Shown piece by piece: positions 12,601 to 24,127 of a stretch of DNA of 64,000 nt (within the stretch, counting starts at the first letter, position 1; every line of letters begins with the position of its first letter). A model generated the notes under the pieces. That model was not told where the DNA came from. It ran no database searches and saw nothing but the letters and a program-made list of their open reading frames with translations. The position numbers were made by a program, and so were the translations under genes. This stretch comes from Octopus sinensis (lineage: Eukaryota), in assembly GCF_006345805.1 (NCBI RefSeq), contig NC_043007.1, forward strand, positions 45,880,001 through 45,944,000, written 5' to 3'.

Positions 12601-15600
12601 TTTATTTGCGGTTGAAGCTTTGGCTGTTATTTCTAGTGGGTGAATGGCCTATTATGGCCGTTCCTTGATTGTTGATGTTGAACTTAAAAATGGTCTACGA
12701 CTATTTAATTTTTTCCCACTAGGCCGCTGGTGGCAAAAAGAATTCTACAAAATTTTTTTCACCACCCTATATTGATTAATTATGAATTTTCTGGTTAATT
12801 CCGTAATGGAATCGACGGCTTATATTTATTTGCTGCCGATAAATTTGGCGCGAGTGCGACGATTTGAAAATTTTAGGTCAGATATTGCCTTGGCAGGGTC
12901 GGAAATGCCTCGTGAAAATATCTGTTCCGACTTGGCTATTTCTTGCTGAAGAATCTGAGGGCCTATGGAAGATTGGCTTGATTTAATTTAATCAGGTTAG
13001 TTTACCATTAAACAGCAGACGAAACGGTGCATCGTACAAGAAATTACAGGGTAAATGTTTTTTTAAATTTTCTCCTGTTTACGGAATTGATCTTTATTTG
13101 CGGTTGAAGCTTTGGCTGTTATTTCTAGTGGGTGAATGGCCTATTATGGCCGTTCCTTGATTGTTGATGTTGAACTTAAAAATGGTCTACGACTATTTAA
13201 TTTTTTCCCACTAGGCCGCTGGTGGCAAAAAGAATTCTACAAAATTTTTTTCACCACCCTATATTGATTAATTATGAATTTTCTGGTTAATTCCGTAATG
13301 GAATCGACGGCTTATATTTATTTGCTGCCGATAAATTTGGCGCGAGTGCGACGATTTGAAAATTTTAGGTCAGATATTGCCTTGGCAATATCTGACAGAT
13401 ATACTTACCATATGGACTGGATAGCACGATTGAACCCAAAGCCTTGTGATCACGAAGTGCATTTTCTTTACCTACATGAATACGAGTCCATCCAACATTT
13501 TAATAATTTATCATCAAGTAATTATCGAAATCACAGGGTGCTATGTATGTGCGTAAAGTAGAAGATAATAACAATTAGATATGTAGCGTGTACAGAAAAA
13601 TGAAATATAAATTTGTAAAGTTTGATGAAAACTTCATACGGAAAAGAGGTAATGCATGGAACATTGGAGATATAATTAACAGTAAACATTTGTATTCTCA
13701 ATTATACTAGTTTGTTTTTGATGAAATAGTGTCAATACGCATTAGATTACTATAGGAAATTAAATTAATTAAAACACTTAATAATTAATAATATCTAATA
13801 CTTAATTAAAATATCTAATACTATTTCTTTTTGTTTAGCTTGAAAACACTGAATGCAATTTGCAAGTAAATTGTTTAGCCATTCTACCGTAACGTGTCAA
13901 ATATTGAACATGTTATGAAATATGCCTATGCGTGCGTGTGAGTATTGTAAAAATATGTTATAATTAGCAAAGATTTACTAGAACTCATTGAGATTCATGT
14001 ATCTCATCTTTTCAAAGAACAGCTTTACGTGAGCTTTTAAAATTGCAGTGGACTATAATGAATGACTTCATTTCGTGTTTATCTTTCAATTAATTGCAGA
14101 TGATGTGTAGAATAAATTACTAATAAAAAATACGATCCAATTAGCCAATAAGATTTAAATTATAATATTTTAATTCTTGAGTTTCAGAAACGACAAAGTG
14201 AATGGAATAAATAGTTTGATAGCATTTGGTTACGATGTCTCTTACATTTTGAAATGTTATACTTCTGAAATCGACTTTTAATTTCCTCACTTCTCTTTTG
14301 AGTTTATAGATTAAATGCCAGGATTATTATACGTAGGTTAACCGAATCAATATTATCAGCTATACAAATTTATATACTTGTGTCAATTTACTATATCTGT
14401 TTGTATGTATAAGTTGGTTATTAATTTTGTTGTGAAAATATATTTCCTCATTTCCGTAGAACACTGTAAAATCTAGTTTTAAACGTTATTATACTTGAAG
14501 AACAACTGTTAAATACGTATTGATTGGTTTTGCTATTGCAAAATTGAGAAATACGAATTTCATCTCTAACTATATCTATTTCATTATATATAATTTGCAC
14601 ACACTTAATCTGCCAACGAATATCCTCGCTTTATCCGAATTTAAGTGAACGGTATAGTGTATTCCACATGTAGCTAATATATTTCAAAAGTAATTTGAAA
14701 AAGTCCAACTTCAAATAATCAAATCTAAGGGTGGTATGCATTATGGAAATGTAATTTTAAGAAAAGTAATGAACAGAACGATAGGTGATCATTTACACAA
14801 GTGAAATAAATAGTGTAAGATCTATAGGAAGTCTCTCCGTTGTCTTCTTGGAAAATAATATACTGTGTGTATATATATCCAACACATAATTAATATTCTT
14901 TATGTATTACTTCAGGTGAAAATAATATGGCTTTGTATATGGAAATGTTTGTTACGCGTATGGCTTAGTTATTATATTGAAAAATAGATTGTCTGCCATG
15001 AAATATATCTCTATATGGCTATATATGCAGGGTAAAATATACATTTACGGAAGTTCTTTCCGTTTTTAATTTCTTTTCATTGTAGAAATCTCCCAATCTT
15101 TGTCTTTTAAAATGATGCTTAAAGAGTGATGCTTCTTTCGCAACAAATACAACGATGTCAATATACTGTAAGCAGGTATGCGATTAGAAATCTAAAATAA
15201 AATTCAAAATCTGAAAGTGATTTTCCTTCACGGCAGCTTATTGAATGGAGTTATTTTGCCAAGTTCATCCTAAATGAATTTAACCGAATCTTTTTGAAAT
15301 CAGGATGTAATGTAAATTGGATGTAAATATTGTTTTAATACATATACACGTCTCTTCTTTTTCCGTCATTTAAAATTGTCTTCACTACTTTAGGTCGAAA
15401 TTATAAATGTTTGAGAAAGGTTATAAAATGATGCTTCTCTAGGTGATAATATTAGAATATAACACAGATATCAGCGAAACAGCTGTGCATAATTTTCTAA
15501 ACTTATCAAATTCGTACGCTAACAGTATATTTTAACAATTTGCACATGAATCCAGTTCTGTCCATGTGTATTTGTACGCGAATGTACGAGTGTATACATA

Positions 15601-16577
15601 TGATTGTAAGGGTTTATGTATGCATGTGAGTGTGTTTATGTGTGTATGTTTCTGATTGTGAACGTTTGTATATATGAGCAAATAAATATTTTTACCATAA
15701 AATATTTACATAAAAAAAACCAAATTCGAGATATTTCTGGATTTGCATTTTGTGTTAATTTCTTTCATTGACAGCATTAGTAATTTGGAATATAGCAGGA
15801 AGGGGCCTTCACATTATTGCTCTTACAGTTAGAAATTAGAATCTGTAGTTAAATCTATCACAACACATTTAAGAACATAGATATTCTAATATTTGTAATA
15901 CTCTCAGAAATGAAGAGCCGTGGTCACCTCTATTTCCAGGTCTTTGTATTTTGAGAGTTTCTCCATTTCTCTTAGAGACACGTTGTCATCTGCCGGTATT
16001 GATACATCAATTAGAAAGCATTTTTTTCTTCATGATATCTGACAACTATATCTGGCCTGTTGGCCTTAATTTCTCTATCTGTATGTATCGGCAAATTCCA
16101 GAGTATGGTTGCTTTCTCGTTTTCTGTGACCTTTTCTGGTGTGTGCCTATACCATCTTTTTTCTGTTGTTATTCCATAATGTTGGCATAGCTTCCAATGT
16201 ATGTAGGTTCCAACTCTGTCATGTCGGTGAATATATTCCTTCTTAGCCAGGACTGGGCAGCTAGAGATAATATGATTTATTGTTTCTTGTCCATCTCCAC
16301 ATATTCTGCAGTTACTTGTTATATTTCTTTTCATTACATGTTTTTGGTAATTTCTGGTGGGGAGGCTTTGGACTTGTGCTGCAATTAAAAATCCCTCTGT
16401 TTCTGCTTTGAGTCCTGAGCTTCTCAACCATTGCTGGGATTTTTCTTTGTCTATTTCTTTTGCGTTTAGTTTAGTCCAGTATTTACCATGAAGGGGCTTT
16501 TCTTGCCATCGTTTTATAATGGTTCGTTGCTGTTCTATTTTTAGTTTGGATTTCATTTGTTTTATAGCTTTTGTTGT

Positions 16578-16711
16578 TTCTTCTTCTTCTTCTTCTTCTT
16601 CTTCTTCTTCTTCTTCTTCTTCTTCTTCTTCTTCTTCTTCTTCTTCTTCTTCTTCTTCTTCTTCTTCTTCTTCTTTTCTTCTTCTTCTTCTTCTTCTTCT
16701 TCTTCTTCTTC
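16578..16711. repeat. (TTC)n/(GAA)n microsatellite inside the retrotransposon ORF
   Basis: 134-nt triplet run with one phase slip at 16674-16677. Confidence 0.95.
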
Positions 16712-17100
16712 ATATTTATTAGGTGGTATGATTTCTTGTTTGTATTTGTCAGCTTCCTTAAATACTGAGAACATCTTTTTGTTTTGCTCGTGTTTTGCCG
16801 CTATTTGTATCAGTTTTTCTTCCTTCTGAAGTAGATATTTTTGCAGTTCTATGGTGGTTATTTTATAGTAGTTTTCCAGTTGTATGAGGCCTCTACCACC
16901 TTCTATACGTTGTATATATAGTCTTTCTATGTCAGATTTTGGGTGATGCATCCTAGATCCTGTCATTATTTTTCTTGTTTTCCTATCTATTTTGGTCAGT
17001 TCATTTCGTGTCCAGTTAAGGATATTGTAGCTGTAACTTATAACTGGGACAGCCAAAGTGCTAATACCTATTATCTTGTTTTTAGCATTGAGCTCTGTTT

Positions 17101-18258
17101 TTAGTATTGATCTAACTCGTCTATAATATTCTTTTTTATTTTCTCTTTCATTTGTGTGTGTTGTGTCTTATCTAGTTCATGGACTCCTAAGTATTTGTAA
17201 GTTTGGCTTTGGTCTAATTCTTTTATTTCATTGGTTTTATCTAGTGTGATGTTGCTACTCTTAACTAGTTTTCCTCTTTTCATGGTTACTTTGGCGCATT
17301 TTTCTAATCCAAATTTCCTCTCTATTTCTTTGGTAAATCCATGAACTGTCTTTAATAGTGTTTCCAGCTGTTTGTCATTTGCAGCGTATAGTTTTAGGTC
17401 ATCCATATATAAAAGTTGTCTGATCGTTTTGCCGTAACATTTATATCCGCATCCAGTTCTATTTATTATATCAGATAGAGGTGACAGTGCCAAGCAGAAA
17501 AAGAGTGGAGAGAGCGTGTCTCCCTGGAATATTCTTCTTCTAATGGGGATGTCTTTGGTTTTCATGAGTCCCTCTTTTGTTTGGAGGTGTAGGACTGTTT
17601 GCCATTTATTCATAGAGTGCTCTATGAATTTTATGATTGTTGGTGCTACTTTGTTAATGGCTAGTGTTTCGAGGATCCATGTGTGGGGGATGCTATCAAA
17701 CGCCTTTTTGTAGTCAATCCAGGCCATACTGAGGCCTTTCTTCTTTCTGTGGCAGTCTTCAGTTATGGCTTTATTTATCATTAGTTGATCATTACAGCCA
17801 TATGAGCCTTTGCGGCATCCTTTCTGCTCTTCTGGGAACAGTTTGTTTTCGTCCAGGTGCTTGTTCAACCTTTGCGATATCACTGCAGTAAATGCCTTGA
17901 ACATAGTAGGGAGGCAGGTTATTGGTCTGTAGTTTTCTGGTTTTTCTGTCTCATTTGATTTGGGAATTAAGATGGTTTTCCCCTTCGTGAGCCATTCAGG
18001 CATTTTTTCTGGCTCTGCTAGTATGTTGTTAAAGTTTTCAGCCAGCTTTTTGTGCATTCCTGTTAGATACTTCAACCAAAAGTTGGGGATCTTGTCATGC
18101 CCAGGTGCCTTCCAGTTGCTTAGTCTTTGCAGTGCCTGAGTGACCTCTTCAGTTGTTATGGGGGTCCAAAGTTGTTCAGATGCCGAGTTTGTTATTTTGA
18201 TACTCCTTGTTTTTGGTTGTTCGTTCGCCGACCATATTTCTCTCCAGAATTCTTCCAA
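17101..18258 (-). CDS. reverse transcriptase domain of the R4/Dong-type element; the ORF track mislabels the strand as +
   Basis: The reverse complement from 18258 reads TTG GAA GAA TTC TGG = (M/L)EEFW, the start of the listed protein. RT motifs include YMDD. In frame with the upstream ORF 18448..19029 across one TAG. Confidence 0.9.
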   Translation of the reverse strand: MEEFWREIWSANEQPKTRSIKITNSASEQLWTPITTEEVTQALQRLSNWKAPGHDKIPNFWLKYLTGMHKKLAENFNNILAEPEKMPEWLTKGKTILIPKSNETEKPENYRPITCLPTMFKAFTAVISQRLNKHLDENKLFPEEQKGCRKGSYGCNDQLMINKAITEDCHRKKKGLSMAWIDYKKAFDSIPHTWILETLAINKVAPTIIKFIEHSMNKWQTVLHLQTKEGLMKTKDIPIRRRIFQGDTLSPLFFCLALSPLSDIINRTGCGYKCYGKTIRQLLYMDDLKLYAANDKQLETLLKTVHGFTKEIERKFGLEKCAKVTMKRGKLVKSSNITLDKTNEIKELDQSQTYKYLGVHELDKTQHTQMKEKIKKNIIDELDQY

Positions 18259-19707
18259 TTCTTTTGCCGTTGGTGCTGCAGTGACTTCTATTTTATTTTT
18301 GCCCAGTTCTTGGTGGAAATTTTTGGGGTTGGATTTGAACTTTTTGTTTTGTTCAATGGAGCGCTGGCGTTTCTCGTACCGGCGGATCCTTTGTGCTTTA
18401 GCAAGGATATCTTGCTTCAGCTTTTCTTTTATCTCAGGTAAATCCTTCTATGTGATGTTATATTTGCGGAGTATTTTTGTGTTCTTTTTGTTGCTCAGTA
18501 GCGTTGATTGTTTGCTGATTTCATTAAGAATCGACAGATCTTTTCTCATTTTTTGTATTTTGTTTTGGATGTTATTTATCCACAGGGTTTGTTTGGGTGG
18601 TGGTACTCCTGTTTGGGCGGGTTTGGGTGAGTATCCAGCTTCTTTTGTGGCTGCAGTGGCTGCTGCGTATATTAAGTCATTTAGCTCAGTGATATCGCTT
18701 TTTGTTTCAGTGGCTATTAGTTCCGTGACGGCTAGGTTTATGCTGTTTATAATTGGTGTTATTGTTTCGTCTATTTTGATTCTTGGGTGGTATGGTCGGT
18801 GGTCCATTTTGAGCTCTGTGGTTTTCAGTTCTTTGATTATTTTACTTTTTATATTATCATAATCATTAGGCTCCCCTTCGTTGTTTACATCGTGTTTGTT
18901 GGGAATGTTACGTTTGTCTTCGTGTTTTACTGTTTCAGTGTTTATATTATTGTTCATTGCTGTGTGGCTTCTATCTACATTTTCCTGGTGTATTTTTTCT
19001 TTTAGATGTTCTATTTCTATTTCTGACATTTTTTGTGTTGAGAATGTATCTTCGTACGTTAGCTAATTTATTAGGGTTCATTGCTGTATCCAAGTTTATA
19101 TTTATGTTATTTTCCTTCCATATTTTATATGTATGTGTTGTTGTGTTTTCATTTTTTGGGTAAAGCACTGCTGTGAAGTATGCGTGTAAGATAGAAATGT
19201 ATTCCTCACGTGTCCATTTACGTCTTTTGGGTTTTATTTGCGGGACATGAGGTACACCGTCCGGCCCATTATTTTGACGGTCGTCATTTTCGTAGGGTAC
19301 CGGTCCGTTCATTTCTGTTGTCACATTATTTCGCACGTGTAGTTTTTCGTACATTTTTTGTTCTAAGTTTAAAGTACGTACCGCACGATTGTTATTCTTG
19401 GGTTGAATAATATCGGTGGCATTTAATTTCTTCGTAGTTCCTTTGTACATGGTGTTTGGGGTCGGGGATGATCGTGATGTTCCACGCATGTTTACATGTG
19501 TTGTGTTAGAGGTGGAGATGATATCGAGTCAAAATACATCATTTCGTTTTGAAAATAGTAATAAATTTCAATTAGTATTATTTACTCGGATACAGTCCAG
19601 TCCTTTGTTAGTAAATCTTTGGCTCCATACGATGTCCTTGTTTTCGATGTTTGTGGATAGATTTCGGAGCTCTGTATTTTCCTTCTTACATCTTAAACGT
19701 CCCCCGG

Positions 19708-19709
<2 letters not shown>

Positions 19710-19788
<79 letters not shown>

Positions 19789-19806
19789 TATCTTATATCA
19801 TTATTA

Positions 19807-19843
<37 letters not shown>

Positions 19844-19852
19844 CATTATTAA

Positions 19853-19887
<35 letters not shown>

Positions 19888-19910
19888 TTATTATTATTAT
19901 TATTACTATT
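19710..19910. repeat. compound (TTA)n/(TCA)n/(CTA)n microsatellite
   Basis: Visible triplet runs between two Dong-type elements. Confidence 0.95.
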
Positions 19911-20395
<485 letters not shown>

Positions 20396-20970
20396 TGTTT
20401 GACTTTTGCTTTGTATTTGTACATGTTGTCCCCAAGTCTCACTCAGAGAACTTAAGAGACAATAAGTTAGAAGTTCATGTTAGTGTTATGCCTAGGGTGT
20501 CACTTATTTGGTTTTTCAAATGGTATTGCTCTAGAGAATGTTTAAGAATAAATAAGTAAATTATGAGTTTGTTTTAAAATTTGAGATTACATAGACAATA
20601 TTTTACGTAGGATTACTTTGAACACGATCTTTTGAATTTGTGCCATTTTGGGGTTTCCTGGTATCTGAGCTAGGCAGCAATCAGCCACATTTGCTATCAT
20701 TCCTAAGGCACCTATGACAAGAGGTTTTGTTTTAGCCTTGAGGTTCCACATTTTGCCAATTTCTATTTCAAGTTCTTTATACTTGCTCAGTTTTTGGTAG
20801 GTCTTGACAGATACATTTATGTCAGTTAGGACATCCTATCAATGAGGAGGCATGATCTTTTGTGAACTCATTGAATATAATGTCTGGCCTATTTCCTTCT
20901 ATGTTTTTGTCAGCTTGAATGGCGAAGTTCCAGACGAGTTAGATATGATCATTTTCAAGCATTGGAGGCG
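20396..20970 (-). mobile_element. 5'-truncated 3' end of an R4/Dong-type element, same subfamily as 19911-20292
   Basis: Minus-strand pieces WNFAIQADKNIEGNRPDIIF and QKLSKYKELEIEIGKMWNLKAKTKPLVIGALGMI...IQKIV. The 3' UTR is homologous to 19915-20110. Confidence 0.85.
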
Positions 20971-21929
20971 ATTTGTGTTCATCGTTATTTACACTTTAAA
21001 TGAATTATTAAATTACGTAGAATTTTATTATTTGTATGATTGCAATTAGCACATGTTATAAATAGAGACACAATTCTGTTTGTTATCAATTACTATAAGA
21101 CAACAATATTCTGATAAATATAGTGGTGCAAAAAAGTTTTGAATCCTGATATAAATTTTCACTTGAGCTGAATTTTCAAAATATCATTTCAATTTTCACG
21201 TCATTTAAATAATATAAAATATTTCATTTTCAGTTAGTTTCAAAAGCTTATGTATTTTCATTAATGATTTACCTACAATTATTTGCTCATTAATCACTAC
21301 TTTATCATGGTTGATGTTTATTAATGCTGATTAGAAAATTGCAGCTTCAATCTCATACATTTATGATATCATCAGTTGATATGAATCTGTCAATTCCAAT
21401 GTTATAATTTACAACATTTCAACAGAAGCCATAATTATTATAATAACTACAATTTATTTTTATATTCTTGAAGATTTTGCAGTTCTTTCACCTCAGAAAA
21501 AAGTTTAACCTTATTTTTCATAATCACTTCTAAACTAGAAATTAGCATAATAATTTTCATGTACAGATTCGGAAGTCCGTTTTTAATTCCTCATTGTACA
21601 AAAGTAAGTGCTTACACCATTAAAATAGATACGCGTATATGACATAATTACATTTGTAAGAGACAAATACCATATTTTCAGATACTGTTGACTGTAAGTT
21701 CTAATTTGCATTGCATGTAGCGAAACATGATCAAAATTTATAGTAGATGCATTAATACCCTAAACAAGTACTAAACTTTGGATTTATATATTCTAATTAT
21801 ATGGGGGATATCAATACTAACTGCATACGATTGATCTATTAAGGTAGGCCCAGCACTTTAGAAGCCAAATCAATATTAATATATCAGCATGAAGGTCGTG
21901 AGTGTGAGTGTTTTCAATGATTAATCATA

Positions 21930-22360
21930 GAACGGTTTCAAATTTTGGCACAAGGCCGGCAATTTCAGTGAAGGTGGTTAAGTAGGTCACATCGATCCTC
22001 ACCTCAGTGCTCAACTGGTACTTCTTTTATCGACTTCGAAACGATGAAAGGTAAGGTCGACCTCAGCGCTATTTGAACTCAGAACGTAACTACCGCTAAG
22101 CATTTTACCTGGCGTACTAACACTTCTTATGTCTTTATAGCCCACAAAGGGGCTAAACATAGAGGGGACAAACAAAGACATAGAAAGGGATTAAGTCGAT
22201 TGAATCGAACCCAGTGCGTAATTGGTACTTAATTTATCGACCCCGAAATGATGAAAGGTAAAGTCGACCTCGGCGGAATTTGAACTCAGAACGTAACGGC
22301 AGACGAAATACCGCTAAGCATTTCACCCGTCGTACTAACACTTCTGCCAGCTCACCACCT
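21930..22360 (-). mobile_element. two tandem tRNA-derived SINEs, family B
   Basis: The minus strand of the right-hand copy shows an A-box-like AGCTGGCAGAAG and B-box GAGTTCAAATTCC. The core gtcgacctc.gcg..atttgaactcagaacgtaac occurs twice. Confidence 0.85.
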
Positions 22361-22519
22361 TATGTTCAGTCATAATATTTGAACCACTTTTGACTTTCTT
22401 CAAATGCGGTGGAGTGCTAGATAAATATTGTTCACTTACAAATTTCACAGGGAGATTTAGAGTGTCCCTGTCAACGTCTCATTAATAAAATCACTCTGTA
22501 ATTATCTATTTTCAAAGAC

Positions 22520-22645
22520 GGAGAACCTTCAGATTCGTTATCATGCTGGACAAAATACTTAGCGGCTTTTCGTGTGTTTTTAGGTTCTGAGTTCAGATTC
22601 CGATGCGATCGACTTTGATTTTAACCTTTCGGGGTCAAAGTAATA
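22520..22645 (+). mobile_element. SINE family B fragment, inverted relative to 22120-22360
   Basis: aaatacttagcgg...gttctgagttcagattcc...tcgacttt...ctttcggggtc. Confidence 0.7.
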
Positions 22646-23400
22646 ACGACTAGACCTCTCCCCCAAAATGCCAAGCCTAATGTAGAAAGGATTCATACGT
22701 ATTTTTATGAATTTAACCTCAGCAATTTGATCATTACTGGTGATGTTAATCGAATATCCATAGATATTGTTTACATTATCATTATCATTAAAAGTTCTTA
22801 ATGGTATTGCAAGTACGTGATCATGAAATCCAAAATTGTTATGTAAAATCACATCCCCAACCGTTAAATTGTTCTCATCCATCAGCTCGTTTCTAATGTT
22901 TCGTTTATTGTATTTTGTAAAACATGATTGAAAAAACTTGATTCATGATTTTTACTTCTATACATGTGCTTCTAATGTTAGCTGTCTAGCTAGTGTCACG
23001 TCTGAGTAAAAGCACTTTCCACATAAAATTTGACCAATCTATATAATCTGTTTCAGAAGCAAATCAATTATATGCAGTTCATTATTTCATGCAAATGCGA
23101 TTGCTCCAATGGGTGTATGGGACATCATAAATGCTGCATTTCTTAAGGTGGTATTATCATTAACGAAATTGAATTTTCTAGTATTTAAACGGGAATTTTA
23201 AAACCCTTCTCACCGCGTTGTTCATTCCCTTTTAAGAAAGTCACCATGCTTAAACTGTCAAACGACATCTCTTCTAGTTGCCGGAAGTAGCACTGTATTA
23301 TCCCTTCTACGTGGAAGGTCTCATGAATGAGTGATAAATGTAGATGCTTCCAGAACAACTAGATCTACCTAAAAGGAAAACTCGTTGTTAGCTTTATTAA

Positions 23401-23467
23401 TTACTCTCTCAAAAATAGTTATCTGCCTTTGATTACTCTCTCAAAAATAGTTATCTGCCTTTGATTA
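23401..23467. repeat. 32-bp perfect tandem duplication
   Basis: TTACTCTCTCAAAAATAGTTATCTGCCTTTGA x2. Confidence 0.95.
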
Positions 23468-24127
23468 AGACTATTTATTTTATCTTTAGCTTCCGTTTAT
23501 TCATACAACATATTTGTGTGATGATCATAATTAATTATAGAACCTGAATCGGGTAGCCTTAACATTGTAGAATTTTTTGTATCTTTGGGTCTTCTACACA
23601 GTGATATGCAAACTGGCACTGCTCACATAACGTTGGTAGTTTTTAGGCATACGGTGGTAGGTTTAACATTGTATTCTGAAACTATCAAATTCTTGCCTAG
23701 TTGCATCTGTTATCTCTACAACCCTGGGTGCAAAGAAAAGGGCTGACGTACACGGTGTAACGCTGCCTTTCATGTTTCGATAACGTTTACCATCTTAGAT
23801 CCTCCTTATCGCACTAAATATTCGTAGAAATACTGCCGACAACAGTCATTAAATTTTCTAGTAGCGAGGCCCACTGCTAAAACGTTTAATAAATCTAGAG
23901 AATTGGAAAATTATAAGTGAGATATTTGCAGCAAGAAGAACAAAAGTTATCGAAAGTGGTAATCGAAGTAAAGATAAAGACAAAGAAAATTACAGGCAGA
24001 AGACAGAAGGGAGAGATAAACTGACCTAGTTAATCTAATGCATTTACAATGAAATATGAATATTTCGTTTTTGGATTTGGTTTGCAAGATTCTTTATATG
24101 AGTTCGTGTTTTGAAGCATATTCTGTT

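Larger units (their letters stand above)
8861..13402 (+). repeat. tandem array of ~492-bp hammerhead-containing units (candidate retrozyme); ~8 direct copies plus ~1.15 inverted copies at the left
   Basis: Landmark AGGTCAGATATTGCC recurs at 9433, 9926, 10417, 10909, 11401, 11891, 12383, 12875 and 13367 (spacing 490-493). 8861-9430 is the reverse complement of the unit. Copies differ by only a few bases. The ORF track has no ORF inside the units. Confidence 0.95.
15922..19709 (-). mobile_element. near full-length R4/Dong-clade non-LTR retrotransposon (restriction-like endonuclease type), 3'-truncated and disrupted
   Basis: Collinear minus-strand ORF pieces: N-terminal KRRKWTREE region; RT (YRPITCLP, DYKKAFDSI, IFQGDTLSP, LYMDDLKLY, YKYLG); thumb (LYIQRIEGGRGL); CCHC knuckle (CRICGDGQETINHIISSC); endonuclease (NRPDIVV, then after a frameshift CFLIDVSIP...EKLSKYKDLEIEV). 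The 5' end abuts a (TAA)n tract. Confidence 0.92.

Noticed and set aside
8861-13402. CRISPR array, rDNA/5S unit or coding tandem repeat as the explanation for the array
   Set aside because: There are no unique spacers, no recognisable rRNA or snRNA sequence, and no ORF within the units.
13274-13561. 95-aa ORF at the right junction of the array
   Set aside because: It spans repeat, fold-back and flank, has no motif, and is a junction by-product.
13600-15900. Several AG/GT-bounded candidate micro-exons
   Set aside because: They form no coherent reading frame or recognisable protein, and such sites are common in AT-rich DNA.
19560-19709. HDV-like ribozyme at the 5' end of the R4/Dong element
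   Set aside because: Expected from related clades, but I found no P1 partner for the G-run by eye. A covariance search would be needed.
22580-22882. 100-aa minus-strand ORF (MDENNLTVGDVILHN...)
   Set aside because: No recognisable family, and its C-terminus runs into a SINE. It cannot be supported as a gene without a homology search.
23057-23146. Cys-rich peptide SCKCDCSNGCMGHHKCCIS after an AG (WAP- or somatomedin-B-like spacing)
   Set aside because: It ends in an in-frame stop before any splice donor, is too short, and its spacing is imperfect.
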